The notes under the pieces are model-generated. The model was not told where the DNA came from. It was given only the letters and a program-made list of their open reading frames with translations, and searched no databases. DNA of 64,000 nt. It comes from Octopus sinensis (Eukaryota). Made by a program: the position numbers and the translations under genes. Below, one piece after another: positions 24,919-39,884 of this stretch; positions within the stretch are counted from its first letter, which is position 1, and every line of letters begins with the position of its first letter. Location of the stretch: the NCBI RefSeq assembly GCF_006345805.1, contig NC_043002.1:105400001-105464000 (forward strand), given 5' to 3'.

Positions 24919-25968
24919 AGATAACATCACGGGTTTACGTTGATGAGTAGATCCTTATTTCAGCAAGTGGAGGAATGGAAAGCAAACCCTAGTGGGATTG
25001 GTACCCAGACTGTAACGAGAAGTAATAACGACAACAAGCCCAGCACAAATCAAATAAAACCAGTGCGGATGAGGATTTTTCGTAGAAACTATTTGCACTT
25101 TTATGCAAAGGAAAACACCTTCACTTTTCCCTTTGTGATTCCTTTCAAGTGATACTTATTTCCCTTTCAAGCGTAACATTCGAACGCACACTCATACACG
25201 CAGACCAATAAATACAGCTTATCAGTTCATGTAACATTTAGTTTCATTATATCATCCTCTCTCTCCAGACTTCATAATCATTCTCCTCCTACTCCAACAT
25301 CTTTGCTCCTTATAATACCACTCCTACTAATACACATCACAACTTTCTCTCTCCTTCTCTCCCCTCTCTCCCTCTCACTCTTTCTTTCTCTGCTCGTATA
25401 TATATATATATATATATAAAAGATGCAAACTATGTACGTATTTTCTGTCACTCTCTATCAGTTTGTATGCTTCTCCTCTCTCTCCCTCTCGTTCTCTTCC
25501 TCTCCTTCTTTCTCTTCCTCTCTTTCTCTCTCTCTCTTCTTCACTTTCTCTCTCTCTCTCTGGCCCTTTCTCTCATTCTCGTCAGCTTAGTATTTTATAC
25601 ATGTCTGTCAGTTGTCTGTTTCTATGTATCTCATTGCCCTTCTTACTCTTTCACATTCTCTCTCTCCACACACACACACACACACACGCATATAACGCAC
25701 ACACTCACATTAGTTTCTCTCTCTCTCTCTCTCTCTTCCTCCCTTAGAAATAATTCTTCGACCATGTTACATATCTCAAAGTGTTTTCAAGCTTTCCTTC
25801 CATATTCAATCTCGCCGCCGCCATCGTGACCTTTCGCCAAGTACGTTTCTCTTATTTCTTTGACCTTTTCTTGATTAGAACTACACTTGGTGACGTCATA
25901 CCGCATCGTTAAACATCCACCAGACACTCATCGATACTCACCGCCACTACCACCACCATCAATTCAGC

Positions 25969-26004
<36 letters not shown>

Positions 26005-26813
26005 TATCATCATCATCATCATCATCAATCATACTATGACCACCACCACTAATACCACCGCACCGGTTAGTTTCACAAGGACCACTGCGGTCGTTATAAT
26101 CCACACTAGCACCGCTACAACCACTACAAACACCATTTCATCCGTATCACCACCGACATAAGAAACACAGACAGCACCAATACCGCGTAAGCCACTCCCA
26201 CCACCACCACCACCACTACCACCACTACTACCACCACTACCACCACCACTCCCACCACCACCACTACCACCACCACCACAGAATAGCAAAGCACTCCGCC
26301 GTTGTCATTTTCACGACCGTCACCAGCACCGCCTTCATCACATTCACCATTATCACCAGCTCCCCACCACTACCACCACCACTACACTCATTGCTATTAT
26401 CAATTCCACCACTAACTTCCCCCTCACCCGTCCAAATTGCTGCCATTGGGCTTAAATAATAAAAAATTATTATTGTTGATGTTGTTTTTGTTGTTGATGT
26501 TGTTGTTGTGTTGTTGTTGTTGTCGTCATTAAGGTTCTAAGCTCGCAGAACGGTTAGAGCGTCGGAATATAAGAATGCAAGATTTGTTCCAGGGAAATGC
26601 TTCATGTCATTTTCGTCCGCATTCACGTTCTAAGTTCAAAATTCCTCCGAGTTAGCGTTTCACCTTTTTGAGGGTCAATAAAATAAGTACCAGTTACGCA
26701 CTGGGACCGATGTAATCAACTAGTCCCCTTCCACCAAAATTTGAAGCCCCTTGTGCCTGTAGCAGAATGGATTATTATTATTGCTCTTACTACTACTACT
26801 ACTACTACTACTG

Positions 26814-26885
<72 letters not shown>

Positions 26886-27529
26886 ATGGTTAGGTGCCTG
26901 GGCCCTTCATCTCAAGGTCGGTAATAGTTCTGATTCCTTGCACAAGGAATTTCATGATGCTCAACGCAGTGAAGTGTGAAAACAAGAATTAAAATTCATG
27001 ACTGACTGACCACCATTTCCTTGACACGCTTAAAACTCCTCAGGCATGAAGACGGACACGTCAAGCAGTTGTCTCCTACATCCATTGACACCTGCATTTA
27101 CTCTTTATTGCCGTATTTATTTGTGTATAATGCGAGAAATATAATTTTAAAATACAGTCTTTTTTATCGTTGAATGTATTTGTATTGTGTGATTGTGTAA
27201 AATTGCACTGAAGTCATACACTCGATTGCTCGATTCTTCTGATAAGAGACAATTATCTGTGAGGAGATCCACCTTTATTTTTATTGTTTTCTTAAACGAA
27301 CAATAAGTGTTTTCACATCAACTGAATCGCCACAACTCAGGCTTTCACATAAATATCTGTTGACTTATCTATATTATGCATGTTTCAGGTATCCTGCATC
27401 ACGCTGTGTTCTATATAAGTAAATAAATATATTTTGAAAGGTTACAGCTTCTTATGTTAAAATGTCTTCAGTATATACCCTTGTTATCAACGTATACATG
27501 TGCAAAAGAAGCGTATTGCTTACAGAACG

Positions 27530-28200
27530 AAATTTAAGCATGGCTTTATAGAAATTGCTGAAAAGAACAACTGTACAGAACTAGGAAATATGGCATTGCT
27601 GAGAGCAGCATTAAGCCATGGAGAAGGAACAAAGCCCAACTGCAGAGAATGCCAAGTGGTAAACAATCTCTAAGGAGAAAGCAGGCTCAGTACCCAGGAT
27701 TGGGGTACAAAAGCTGCTTGAATGGTTGAAAGAGAAGAGTAAAGATCGATATTTTGTAAGAACATTGAATGCAAAGTCACACGCAAAGAAAATGTCTAAC
27801 GACAAAAGGAAAAGATTGGAGTTGGAAAACAAAAATTTCACATAAGCTTCTCTCTTATTTCAACGATAAGATTACGCAGTTTCATTGCTCTGTAAGACAG
27901 CTGAGAAAGCAGCATCACTTTGATCTAAGACAAACGAAGAAAAAAAGAAGAAAAACATGGATGCAATACTCATGTTTTTATACATGCACAACGAACACAA
28001 CACTGGATCGTAAAAATGTCTATGTTAAAACAGCAGGACATGAAAGAAAACCATTTTACTGCAGTTTTATGTTGTTTATCAGATGAATCAAACTAAATAT
28101 CGTGGTTATTTTTATAAGAAAGACAATTACTATAAGTGAATACTTTCCTTCTAAGTTTACTGTTTACTGCTACACTAAAGGCGAAATGGATGGAAAGTGA
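27530..28200 (+). pseudogene. Decayed pogo/Tigger-like (DDE_1) transposase
   Basis: Frameshifted patches NMDA..; NTTLDRKNVYVKTAGHE(fs)..NHFTAVLCCLSD; ..YFPSKFTVYCYTKGEMD resemble pogo NMDET..KTTGHEK..TVVL.C.ADG.K..KGWMD. Confidence 0.75.
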
Positions 28201-28388
28201 ATATCGTTATTGCTGGGAAATTTCGAGATAAACGACCTGGCTTCGAGGAGCATTAGCCATTCTATACGACGCAGGGTGCGGAGACGGCTCGCCTGACTGT
28301 TACAGGTAAAGGCCTACCTGGAAATGACTGTGTGGTAATTAGACGCGTGGTTTTTACTGGAAGTGGTCGTTTATATACATATATATAT

Positions 28389-28451
<63 letters not shown>

Positions 28452-28945
28452 ATATAGATGTAGCAACAGTAGCTACAGCAGCAGCATCGCCCCCATTTCT
28501 GAGGTCTGTACCCCAATTTAGCTCTTGCCTGCGATTTGTGAAGCATCAAGATTTGCTCATTGTTGAATCAACTTTCGGATTCTAGCGAAGTGGATGAGAT
28601 GCTATTTCACCATTGCCATTGAAGGCATGGAATATTATATCCTCCCCCATACAAGTGTTCAACATATTTTATTCAGGTAACGTTGGGGTGGAGCTGGGGG
28701 GGGGGGGGTCACTAAAGCTGTCGACTGGCAGAATCGTGAGAGCGCGGAACAATGATTTACCGGTCACATTTCGGCTGTTGGCATTTCCAGTTCAAATTCT
28801 GCCGGGATCAACTTCGCTTTTCATCCCTCCGATGTCGATGAATAAAGTACTAGTCAAATCTTCTTTAACTCTCTATCTGTCTGTCTTTCTGTTTGTCTTT
28901 CTGTCTGTCTCTCCCTCAATATCTTTCTCTCTGTACACACACACA

Positions 28946-28992
<47 letters not shown>

Positions 28993-29081
28993 ACACACAC
29001 AGATATATATATGTATTTCATTTTTGTATTTGGTTTGCAAGATACTTGATGTGAATTCGTGTGTTGAAGCATATTTTATTG

Positions 29082-29170
29082 TGTCTGGGGAGAGACATTC
29101 TCATTTAGTGCCTTCCTTTAGTGAATCTTTTAAATATAAGGCAATAGAAGAGAATGTCTCTCCCCAGACA
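29082..29170. mobile_element. Short MITE, same TIR family as 42253-42423
   Basis: TGTCTGGGGAGAGACATTCTC / GAGAATGTCTCTCCCCAGACA perfect 21-bp TIR. Confidence 0.8.
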
Positions 29171-29206
29171 TTATATATACACACAAATAACCACACACAC
29201 ATATAT

Positions 29207-29286
<80 letters not shown>

Positions 29287-29609
29287 TATATAGGGAGATG
29301 TACTCGCATAACAAGTAATTTGATCTGAGATGTGTGCTGTGAAACGAAAACAATGCGGCGTGGAAGGTGTTTGTAAGCCATTTAAGAAACACACAAAAGC
29401 CGTTCGATTCACTTCAACATTTAAGTTTAATTTGTCAAAATATTTCGTCGCTAAAATCCGCGACCTGTTCACTGACACAAAAATCCGTGCTGCATCTCAG
29501 ATTTTTTAGCGACGAATATTTTGACAAATTAAACTTAAGTGTTGAAGTGAATCGAACGGCTTTTGTGTGTTTCTTAAATGGCTTACAAACACCTTCCACA
29601 CTGCAATTG

Positions 29610-29667
<58 letters not shown>

Positions 29668-29670
29668 TAT

Positions 29671-29703
<33 letters not shown>

Positions 29704-29773
29704 TGAGGAGAGAAAAGAGAGAGAGAGATGAGAGGAGGAGAGAGAGAGAGAGAGAGAGTGTGAGAGTGCGAGA

Positions 29774-29808
<35 letters not shown>

Positions 29809-32615
29809 CACATTCATCATAGATACTCTCACAGTCTCCCACTTACTACGCGGTGCTGTGAAATGCGGGCCGTTTTTTTTTCTTTTCTTTTTTCTTGCAA
29901 GAGAATTATCCCTGTATTCCAAGAGGAAAAAAGTGAAATGAGAATCTAAAAACATCTCATCTTGGAAACTGCCAAAAGCAGAAAGAAATGGGGCAAGATG
30001 GTGGAAGCGAACTGATGTCTTAGCTGAGTTTTTAATAAAATATTTTGTTGGTCGAATAAATCGAAAGAATTGTCATGAAGTCGGATAAAAAGTCAGCAGG
30101 TATTAGATAGAGCTCTTAACGTTCCGAGCTCATGTCTAACTGCAGGTTAATTTCGCATGTCACCATTTCCCTGTGTTCACTGAAACAAGAACCAACTGGT
30201 TACTAAGCTAGGCAAAATGAAACTCCCGTCCCTTCACCCAGACATATCAAATAGCTTTGACCAAACAACTGAAAGGTCACATAATGAACTCATTATATGC
30301 GCTTTAGCGCACGGGTAATCACCATAGAAAGACACATAGTAATTATGAGATAGGGTGTCTCAAATCTCCATTATAATGCCACTAAATATTACAGCGATAG
30401 AGAGTGTTGAACCCTTGACCATTTAGACTGTGGTTGCCCTTGGGTGAGTCCACTTAACTGCAAGCATTCGAACGAGGATTCCTCGAGATGTGGTTTATTC
30501 GTCCATATCTCTGCATATTTCTGCGACCCTCCAATAAGGTTGGAGGTGCTGGCTTTCCGCTTCTGATAAAGTCATAAAAATTAATCAAATATCGATTGAT
30601 TAATTCTGTCTTCTTAGCGAAATGGCAGAGAACTATCGATTAATCTTATTTAATTCTCTTTGTTTTTTTGTGTGTTGTTAATTTTTCTATAATTCCTTGT
30701 AATTAGATCTCTGGCTTTTAAAAAATATATTGTCTTCGTGCCTCTGTTTCTCTATAAACACCCGCTCACTTAGGCACTCACCCAACCACACATTAATAAG
30801 GTTTAAACCAACATAAACCGCACAGAAATATTCTTTTCTCTGTTGTTGATTTATTCATCTTGTATGTCATTGTTGATGTGTGTTGTTTCTTTATTGTTGC
30901 TTTTGTTTTGTGGCTGTTGGTGTTGTTGTTGTTGTTGTTTTCGTTCGCATATTCCTCAGGGTTACGATAGTTCAATGGGTTCAGTAGATTGTTCCCTTAA
31001 TCACTTTAAAATCCACTCGACATTGAAGGGATTAAGCACTAGCTCCCGAAAGCTCCAGTTTAATCTAAGCTGCTCCTGTGGTATCACTGAAAGAGCGAAA
31101 GAGAGAGGGATGAGGATGAGAGAGAGAGAGAGAGGTGAAGATAGAGATAGCGGCGTAAGAGAGAAAGAGAGAGAGAGAAGGACAAAGAGAGAGGGAGAGA
31201 GAGAGGAGAGAGAGAAAGAGAAGGGCAGCAATAAAACGTAATTGAAGGTCTTCGGTGTGTAATAGTTGCGGGGGTTGCGTTATTTATGTAACAATTGGAT
31301 TATCAAATGATAGTGCCAATACATGACTAACTTCATAACTCTACTACCACCAACACCACAACCACCACCACCACCACCAAAACAACTAGCATCACAATCA
31401 CAACCATCACAACCACATGGAACAGCAGCAACAACAGCAACGGTGATCTATCATCGCCGCCGCCGTTAAAACGAACCGCAACCCCTTACAACACAGTCAC
31501 CGTCGCCACCAAGAACTATAAACACCAACACCGACAAAATACTAATAACATCCATCAGCACCGCAAACAATAACAACTACAACAAAACACATAGCTTCTA
31601 TGTATCGAGTGACCAACCTGCTCGAAATAACAGGCAACATGTATTTTAAATCACAGCATCAGATCGTAAGAAATTGTCTAGTATAAATGTCGAAAAGCGT
31701 AGAAGCTCTGTAGAAAGCTACAACGTTCATGTCTGGAATACTTTTCCTGACATGTGTATCTGATTCATGACTGACTCCGGAGGAAACCAGAGAAGCAACG
31801 GTTCTCCAACATCACATAGAAACCCGGAAATCTCTATTTCAATCAGAAATGCAAACATTCAAGATAAAAGCCACGAAACCCAACAACAAAATTAAGTTAT
31901 AGACAATATCAACAACCTTATTAACGGTCCCAACAGGTTAGAGATCCTAACCACAACAAGCAACAAACTCCCCAAAACCATGGCAGAGCTACTGAACTCC
32001 ATTTACATCCTAAACCACTCACTCCAACACACTCTCGCCGCCTCACAAGATATCTGGCAGCATCACAGCAAGAACCACCACATTTCTCCACTCCACACAT
32101 CACCCACAAGAAAGAAAAAAGAAGATTATGAGAACTTCAGAGGTGTTCCACAATTCAATAAAACTGCACTGAATAAAGCAAATACATTGCTACGTCTATT
32201 CACGAAAATATTTTAAAACATTCCGAAACAATATTTACCACAGCCCAACATAAAAAGTATAACCGCAATTACACAACTGAAATAATGAGTCTGATAAAAT
32301 TTTGTGATAAAAAACATACGCGACATATAAAAATATCAGAGGTAACATTAATAAGTTAGAACAAAAACGAAAACTAACAATGCAATAAAACCAGAGAGAA
32401 GCAGAATATAGGCAAGTGCTGTATGAACCAAGAAGCAAATCAACCAGAAAAGACACGCTTGATGTCGTTTGCGAAATTCTTCAGTTTTCTCCGGAAAATA
32501 GCTGTGCCTTCCTTTCATTTTCGACCAGGGTGAAAAATAAGGCATCCTTCTTCTGCTAGCGAGTTCCTTTTTCTCCTCTATGGCATTGCGTTACCCCAAT
32601 GGAAACTTTATGTTG

Positions 32616-32782
32616 GTAGGCGCAGGAGTGGCTGTGTGGTAAGAAGCTTGTCTACCAACCACACAGTTCCGGGTTCAGTCCCACTGCATGGCACCTTGGG
32701 CAAGTGTCTTCTACTATAGCATCGGGCCGACCAAAGCCTTATGAGTGGATTTGGTAGACGGAAACTGAAAGAAGCCGTCGTA

Positions 32783-32824
<42 letters not shown>

Positions 32825-33045
32825 TGTGTGTGTTTGTGTGTCTGTGTTTGTCCCCCTAGCATCGCTTGACAACCGATGCTGGTGTGTTTATGTCCCCGTT
32901 ACTTAGCGGTTCGGCAAAAGAGACCGATAGAATAAGTATTGGGCTTACAAAAGAATAAGTCCCGGGGTCGAGTTGCTCGATTAAAGGCGGTGCTCCAGCA
33001 TGGCCACAGTCAAATGACTGAAACAAGTAAAAGAGTAAAAGAGTA
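32616..33045 (+). mobile_element. Full-length microsatellite-containing tRNA SINE (copies 35702-36137 -, 41248-41588 + with internal deletion, partial 7520-7740)
   Basis: Head GGAGTGGCTGTGTGGTAAG..GGTTCAGTCCC, internal (TA)n/(TG)n, tail CAGTCAAATGACTGAAACAAGTAAAAGAGTAAAAGAGTA. Confidence 0.9.
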
Positions 33046-33495
33046 GGACACTCCTAGAAAAGGAAAATGACCAAGAAATTGCACAATCGTATAAAAGAAA
33101 CACATCATGAAACACCTAAAGATATCCCATACCCAGAATTTTAAAGTTTCCATTAGGGCCACCCCAAGCAACAGGGCAAATCTCACAATCATGGGTGCCC
33201 TCCCCTAAACAAATTGAGACCAGCCATTAACAACGGAACTACACAAGGCAAACTGGCTCTTATAACAACACAAGTCTGCGCATGTCGCCATTCTACTTTT
33301 TCCCTTTTCCCTTCCGCCCCCACACATCTCCCACAATAACTCTTTCCAATTGTCCAGAGAACAGGTCATAACCTCGAAATATAGAAACAGAAGGTCAAAC
33401 TGCAACATAGGTTTGTTTTCTCTTCCTTTAGTTCTTTATTTTGTACCTTCTAACATTGTCCCGTCCTTACACGACTAACATCTTCGTGTATGTGT

Positions 33496-33529
<34 letters not shown>

Positions 33530-34052
33530 CTGTGTCTGTGTGTGTGTCATTGTTCAGTTTTATTTCAAGACTTCTTACCAACAGAGAAAGATGATCCGGT
33601 TTCTAACCTTGATCCAAGGTTCCTCCATTGCAATTTCAACATCTTCTAGGTATTTTTGTTTGTTCATTTGTATATATGTATGCATGTATGTATGTATTTA
33701 TGTATGTAAGTATATATAAATGTATGTATGCATGAATGTATCTATGGATATATGCATTATGAATATATGTATGTATGAATGTATGTATGTATGTATGCAT
33801 ATATGTATGTATGTATGTATGTATGTATTGCATGCATGAATCTATGTATTATGCATGTATGTATGTATACATGCATATATTTATGTATGAATGTATGTAT
33901 GTACGTATGTATGTACGTATGTATGTATGTATGTGTATGTATGTATGTATGTATGTATGTATGTATGTATGTATATGTGTAGATTTGTATGTTTTGTTTT
34001 ATGTATGTCTTCTCATGCATATAGTTGCACATCTAGACATGCTCATATATAT

Positions 34053-34410
34053 TTAAATGATAAACATATGGAAAGTTTTACAGATTTTTACAGTTCCACT
34101 GATGGATTGGATCTGTAATCTCCGAATTAGCTTTCTCTCTTCTGGTTTTGAGAAGCCTAATTTCTCAAGATTTGTATTTAGGCAATATGTTACATATCCC
34201 AGGGCCCCAATAATTACAGGTATAAACCTGAACTTGTAATCTGGATAGAGTAACTGCAGATTTCTCAATAGTTCAACGTAGATTTTCTCTTTTTCACTAA
34301 TATTCAGATTTATGTTAACATCCGCAGGGCGGCTAATTTCCACAGTCTCCCTTCTCTGTCCCAAATCATTACATCAGGTCTGTTTTGCTTACATTTTATT
34401 GAGATCTTCA
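34053..34410 (-). mobile_element. R4/NeSL-type REL endonuclease C-terminus (non-LTR retrotransposon fragment)
   Basis: KCKQNRPDVMIWDRE(fs)TVEISRPADVNINLNISEKEKIYVELLRNLQLLYPDYKFRFIPVIIGALG..QSISGTVKICKTF; RPD..E..EK pattern of REL domains. Confidence 0.85.
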
Positions 34411-34864
34411 CCGGGACATATGTATATATGTATGTATGTACGTATGTATGCATCTATGTAAATGTATGTATAAGCAAGTTAAGCAGGTCGATATACAAAG
34501 AATATTTAATACATTATATACTTAAAATGTATATATGCTCATATACAAAGAGATCCGACTTACACAGAATAGAAATGATATTTCTATTCTCACTAAGTCA
34601 GACGTTTTTCTTTCTAAAGATATATTACATTTTTTTATATTTAAAATATTCAATATTTTTTGTATAGCGATCCGCCTAACTTGCCCATCTTTGCATTGGC
34701 TCCTCTACCCGCTCAAGTTTAAACCTCTTGCACACAACTAGGCGTATACTATACGGAGAATATCCGATTCTCAGCTATGCGTGGGACTGAGGAGGGCACG
34801 AATGTATGTGTATCTTTGAGCCTGTGTTTGTTCCCACCGCAGCGGCTCAGTTGTTGAGCATAAA

Positions 34865-35440
34865 GGTCAACAGTCGCCGCATGACCTTCTGTTCAAACCA
34901 CCCAGATTTGACAAGAGTTTCTGAAGCCAAACAGCAACAAAACCACTGATTTTTCATGTTAGCATTACGAAATTTGATCCATTTGTCATTTCTAGTTTCA
35001 ATTAAACGCCAAACATGACCATCTCGAGAAATTCCCAGCAGTTGTTTGCAAATGTTCATACATCGTTGATCTTAGACATTCCTCACTTCCCGAAGAACTT
35101 CTCGACAGTGTCTGTTCACAACGCCGCGTTTATGGAAGTATCACGTTATTGTGCTTTGTGAAAGACTAACTCCTGCCGGCAATGTACGGGAGCTCGTGCT
35201 GTTGTTCAGACATCTGAACCAAAGTCTCATCTTCCACAATAAAATGTTTCTCTAACCTTGGCTTGTCTTCGAGGTTAGTGTCACCTTCCTTGAAACGTCT
35301 GAACTAGGTTTGTGCCACACGTCCTTTGTGAGCCTCCCGCATCATCAGTTTTTTCGTCTGATGCTCTTGCAGTCAGTCTTTTCATTATACCACAGATAGC
35401 CTAAGATAGCTCTAATTGAAATCTTGTCACCACTTATAAT
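34865..35440 (-). pseudogene. Decayed mariner (DD34D-type) transposase, N-terminal half
   Basis: RFKEGDTNLEDKPR..IVEDETLVQM..; NICKQLLGISRDGHVWRLIETRNDKWIKFRNAN..FEQKVM (TRNDKW corresponds to the TGDEKW motif). Confidence 0.85.
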
Positions 35441-35662
35441 TAAAGCTGTAATATGAAGAATAAACAATTCAGGAACGACTGGACAACAAACAGAATCAAA
35501 TCGATGACTTAACACTCAGATACAAGTTGCCACAAATCATCACTGAAATTCCGTATACAATTTTGACTCAACCTGGTATATGTGTGTGCTTGCACACGCG
35601 AGTGTCTCTACAGCTGTATGTGTAAATGAATAAATGAATATATATGTATACCTGTGTATAAG

Positions 35663-35700
<38 letters not shown>

Positions 35701-35910
35701 TTTTACTCTTTTATTTGTTTCAGTCATTTGACTGTGGCCATGCTGGAGCACCGCATTTAGTCGAGCAAGTCGTAGTACCTAGTATCTAGTACTTATTCTA
35801 TCGGTCTCTTTTGCCGAACCGCTAAGTTACGGGGACGTAAGCACACCAGCATCGATTGTCAAGCGATGTTGGGGGGACAAACACAGACACACAAACATAT
35901 ACACACACAT

Positions 35911-35957
<47 letters not shown>

Positions 35958-36133
35958 ATATATACATATATACGACGGGCTTCTCTCAGTTTCCGTCTAC
36001 CAAATCCACTCACAAGGCTTTGGCCGGCCCGAGGCTATAGCAGAAGACACTTGCCCAAGTTGCCACAAAGTGGTACTGAACCCGGAACCATGTGGTTCGT
36101 AAGCAAGCTACTTACCACACAGCCACTCCTACG

Positions 36134-36190
<57 letters not shown>

Positions 36191-38244
36191 GTACCAAAAT
36201 TATTATGGCTTACTGCAGAAGACCTTACCAATGAGGCATATACGGATTGCAAGATTCTCATACTAAAGTGTATTTACCAAAATCAAAAAGAGTAATTTTG
36301 TTTTTGTATTTCAAACAAACACCATTTCCCCATATTACTTCATATTTCTACAAAACTACCATTCGATAAATTATACAAACTTCATATTTTATATCTCTGT
36401 GGAGCAGAAGTAATGTCTATAAATGTTTATCAATATAGGATTCCATTATTGAGACAACACTTTTGCGAAATGATTGTAACAGGCTTTAAAAACTTAATTT
36501 TAAACTATTAAATTTAAACTGTCATATTTATTATTATTATTATTATTATATTATTGAGTGAGAGAGCAGTTCATGCCATCAAAGTGACACTGGGGTAAAA
36601 TATACGAAGCCCAATATACCCATCATGACTACCCGTCTGATAAAGGTACACCAGGCACATGCATCACAACCATATGTGCGCGACATGGTGATCTCATATC
36701 AAGATAAACAGCACATGGCCTTGCAGGTGGGGCCCAGTTAGAATTTTCTTCAGGTTTAGTAGCCCATCCTGCTCAAAAGGTCCCTGAATAATGGTTGCTT
36801 TAGGATGTTGAACGAAACACCTATGTTTCCAGAGGTGAACCATTCAAACTCCAAAGAATCCCTCTCAACACATGGCCATGATGCTCCCCCACTACTTCTG
36901 CTCGTGATCAGAGATGCACGTATTGTCAGCCACTAAGGGACATGCTCAACTGGTTATGGTCAAACAACTGACAAGCAAATCTGTGGTATTGAGCAGAATA
37001 TTTGCTGTAGCCCATCTTTTATACCAAGACAAAACAATGTACATGATAACACTTCCAATCAGTTAAGATCAGAAGCCATGAGAGCCACTGCCTGGTACTG
37101 CATCAGGGCATGGTACTGCATCAGGGCATCTTACTGCATCTATTATTATTATTATTATATATTTATACTTATACATATTTACATATATTTTTATATATCT
37201 TTATATATTTAATACAATAATTATTCTACACATGTATATATCTTTCTGAAGAATTTTTCTGATATTAATTTCCTGATATTATTTCATAACATATTATATA
37301 TTATATACACATACATACATGCATACATAAAAACATACATACATACATACATACATACATACATACATACATGCATATTATAGGTGAATACTTGAGTTTA
37401 TGAACATTTCTGTACGTCGATGCAAAAGTGAGGTTATACATATATACATGTGTGCATGCGTGTGCGTGTGCATGTATGTATATATGTGTATGTATACATA
37501 TATGTACATATGTATGTATGTGTATACACACACACAAATAAACAGACAAACAAATTCCTTCATTAAAAAGAGAGCCAAGGAAAAGGTGAAGTAGTGTAGA
37601 GCAGAATCTAAATAGAGGATAAATAATTGCAACAGAGAATGGAAGTCTATAGGAGAGTATAGAACTGTATAATATTGTATTGAATATATTAGTAAATAGT
37701 ATAACCGGATTGAACATGATATGGCTGCGCAGAATGGAATATAATGAAATATATTAACGTACAATTGAACACAAAAGTGGTTACGTAGTTAAGTAGCAAG
37801 GCTGAGAGGTGGTTAAATGAACACAGCATCATTATATCTACCTAACTTCCTTTCTCTTTCTCTATCTGTCTACACACACACTCTCACACATACACACACT
37901 TATGTATACACACAAACACGCATACACACACGTATACCTACAGGTATGTGTATATATAACGGCAGAGTTTGAAGGGGAGATGCACATTAATGGTTCGCCA
38001 GACAAATATTTAAACAGATATACAATTTAAAACAGAAAAAATCAAACATCTACACATACATGGTTGCATGGATATGTACTTACATATGCACACACGCGCT
38101 TAAAAATTTATACAAACGGAAACGCAGACACACTCAAGCAAACACACATATACACACGTGTATGTACATACATTTGTACATATAGGTATAAACATATACA
38201 CACGCACACATATAAATGCGTGTGTGTCTACGTATATGTGTGTG

Positions 38245-38275
<31 letters not shown>

Positions 38276-39316
38276 CATGTGTGCATGTGTGTGCGTGTGC
38301 ATGTATGTATATATGTGTATGTATACATATATGTACATATGTATGTATGTGTATACACACACACAAATAAACAAGCAAACACATATATATGCACATATAT
38401 ATGTTTAGACATAAACACATGCACTGATGTATATATAATGTATATATATATGCATATACACATATATATACATATATATACATATACACATAGGATCATA
38501 AAGGTATATATATATGTATATGTATATATATATATACACACACATATATAATATATACATACATACACACATATATATATATATACATATACGCATTCTA
38601 CCACATACATACGCATGTATAGATGTGTGTGTGTGTGTGTGTGTGTGCGTCCTGTCATATATATGCGCATCTTGTGTTTCTGTTTGTGTTCGGCTTGTGT
38701 GTGAGAAAGTGTCGAGAGAGGAGCTGGGATAGATACAAATATAGATAGATAAATACATAGATAAGCCTGACAGATAGACAGACATATAGATAAGCTTTAA
38801 TTACAGAAGCAATCATACGTAGATCGATGGACAGACACACGCACGGACGGATACAAATATAACCACATAGATAGAGAGATATATAGTTAGATACAGTATT
38901 ACACAGGAAGTAGAGTGAATATAAATGGAGTGGTTGCTGGTTAGGTGGGTGGTTGATCATCATGGTTAATGTTCACATAAATTTATGTGGAGGTAATTAA
39001 GTGGAAAGTGGGCGGAAATTTCCATATATTTATAGCCGCAACTTTGTGGAAAAATCAATTGATAATTTGCCAAATCAATCTTATCTCTACCTAATCGAAC
39101 ACTAATGCTCTCTAGTATATGCTAAACTCATATTTCTCACTGATTCATATAAACTGATTTTGATATTAGCAAAAGCTTATAAATAGATAATGAAGATATG
39201 GGCTGTTTTTTTTATAGAGTACCAGGCCTGCATTCTGCGTGAGTGCCATTTCATCTCAAAACTGTGATATACATGAGATCACACTAAACTCACGCTGTTA
39301 TTGTTGCTGTTACGAC

Positions 39317-39401
<85 letters not shown>

Positions 39402-39402
39402 T

Positions 39403-39450
<48 letters not shown>

Positions 39451-39798
39451 CGGTAGTAGTAGTAGTTTTAGTAGTAGTAGTAGTAGTAGTAGCTTTAGTA
39501 GTAGTAGTAGTAGTAGTAGTAGTTGTTGTTGTTGTTGTTGTTGTTGTATCTTACTCATTGTTATTGTCGTTGAAGATGATATTTCGCTCCAAATCACTCA
39601 ACTAATGAGATGAAAATTGCCGTCATGACGGATTCTGTCTGTTTTGTTCAGATATCAAGTCAGATATTTTTGGATACATTAAACACCGTATATGACATGC
39701 AACATATTTTTAAAGTGCTGCAGTCTTATATATATAGTGGGAGGGGGGACATCTAGCCGCCTATAATATTATATATATATATATATATATATGTTTAT

Positions 39799-39875
<77 letters not shown>

Positions 39876-39884
<9 letters not shown>

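Noticed and set aside
31800-33420. Possible decayed CR1/L2 RT interrupted by the 32616 SINE
   Set aside because: Only one weak motif (NNGTTQG, loosely like GVPQG) and an A/C-rich bias; insufficient.
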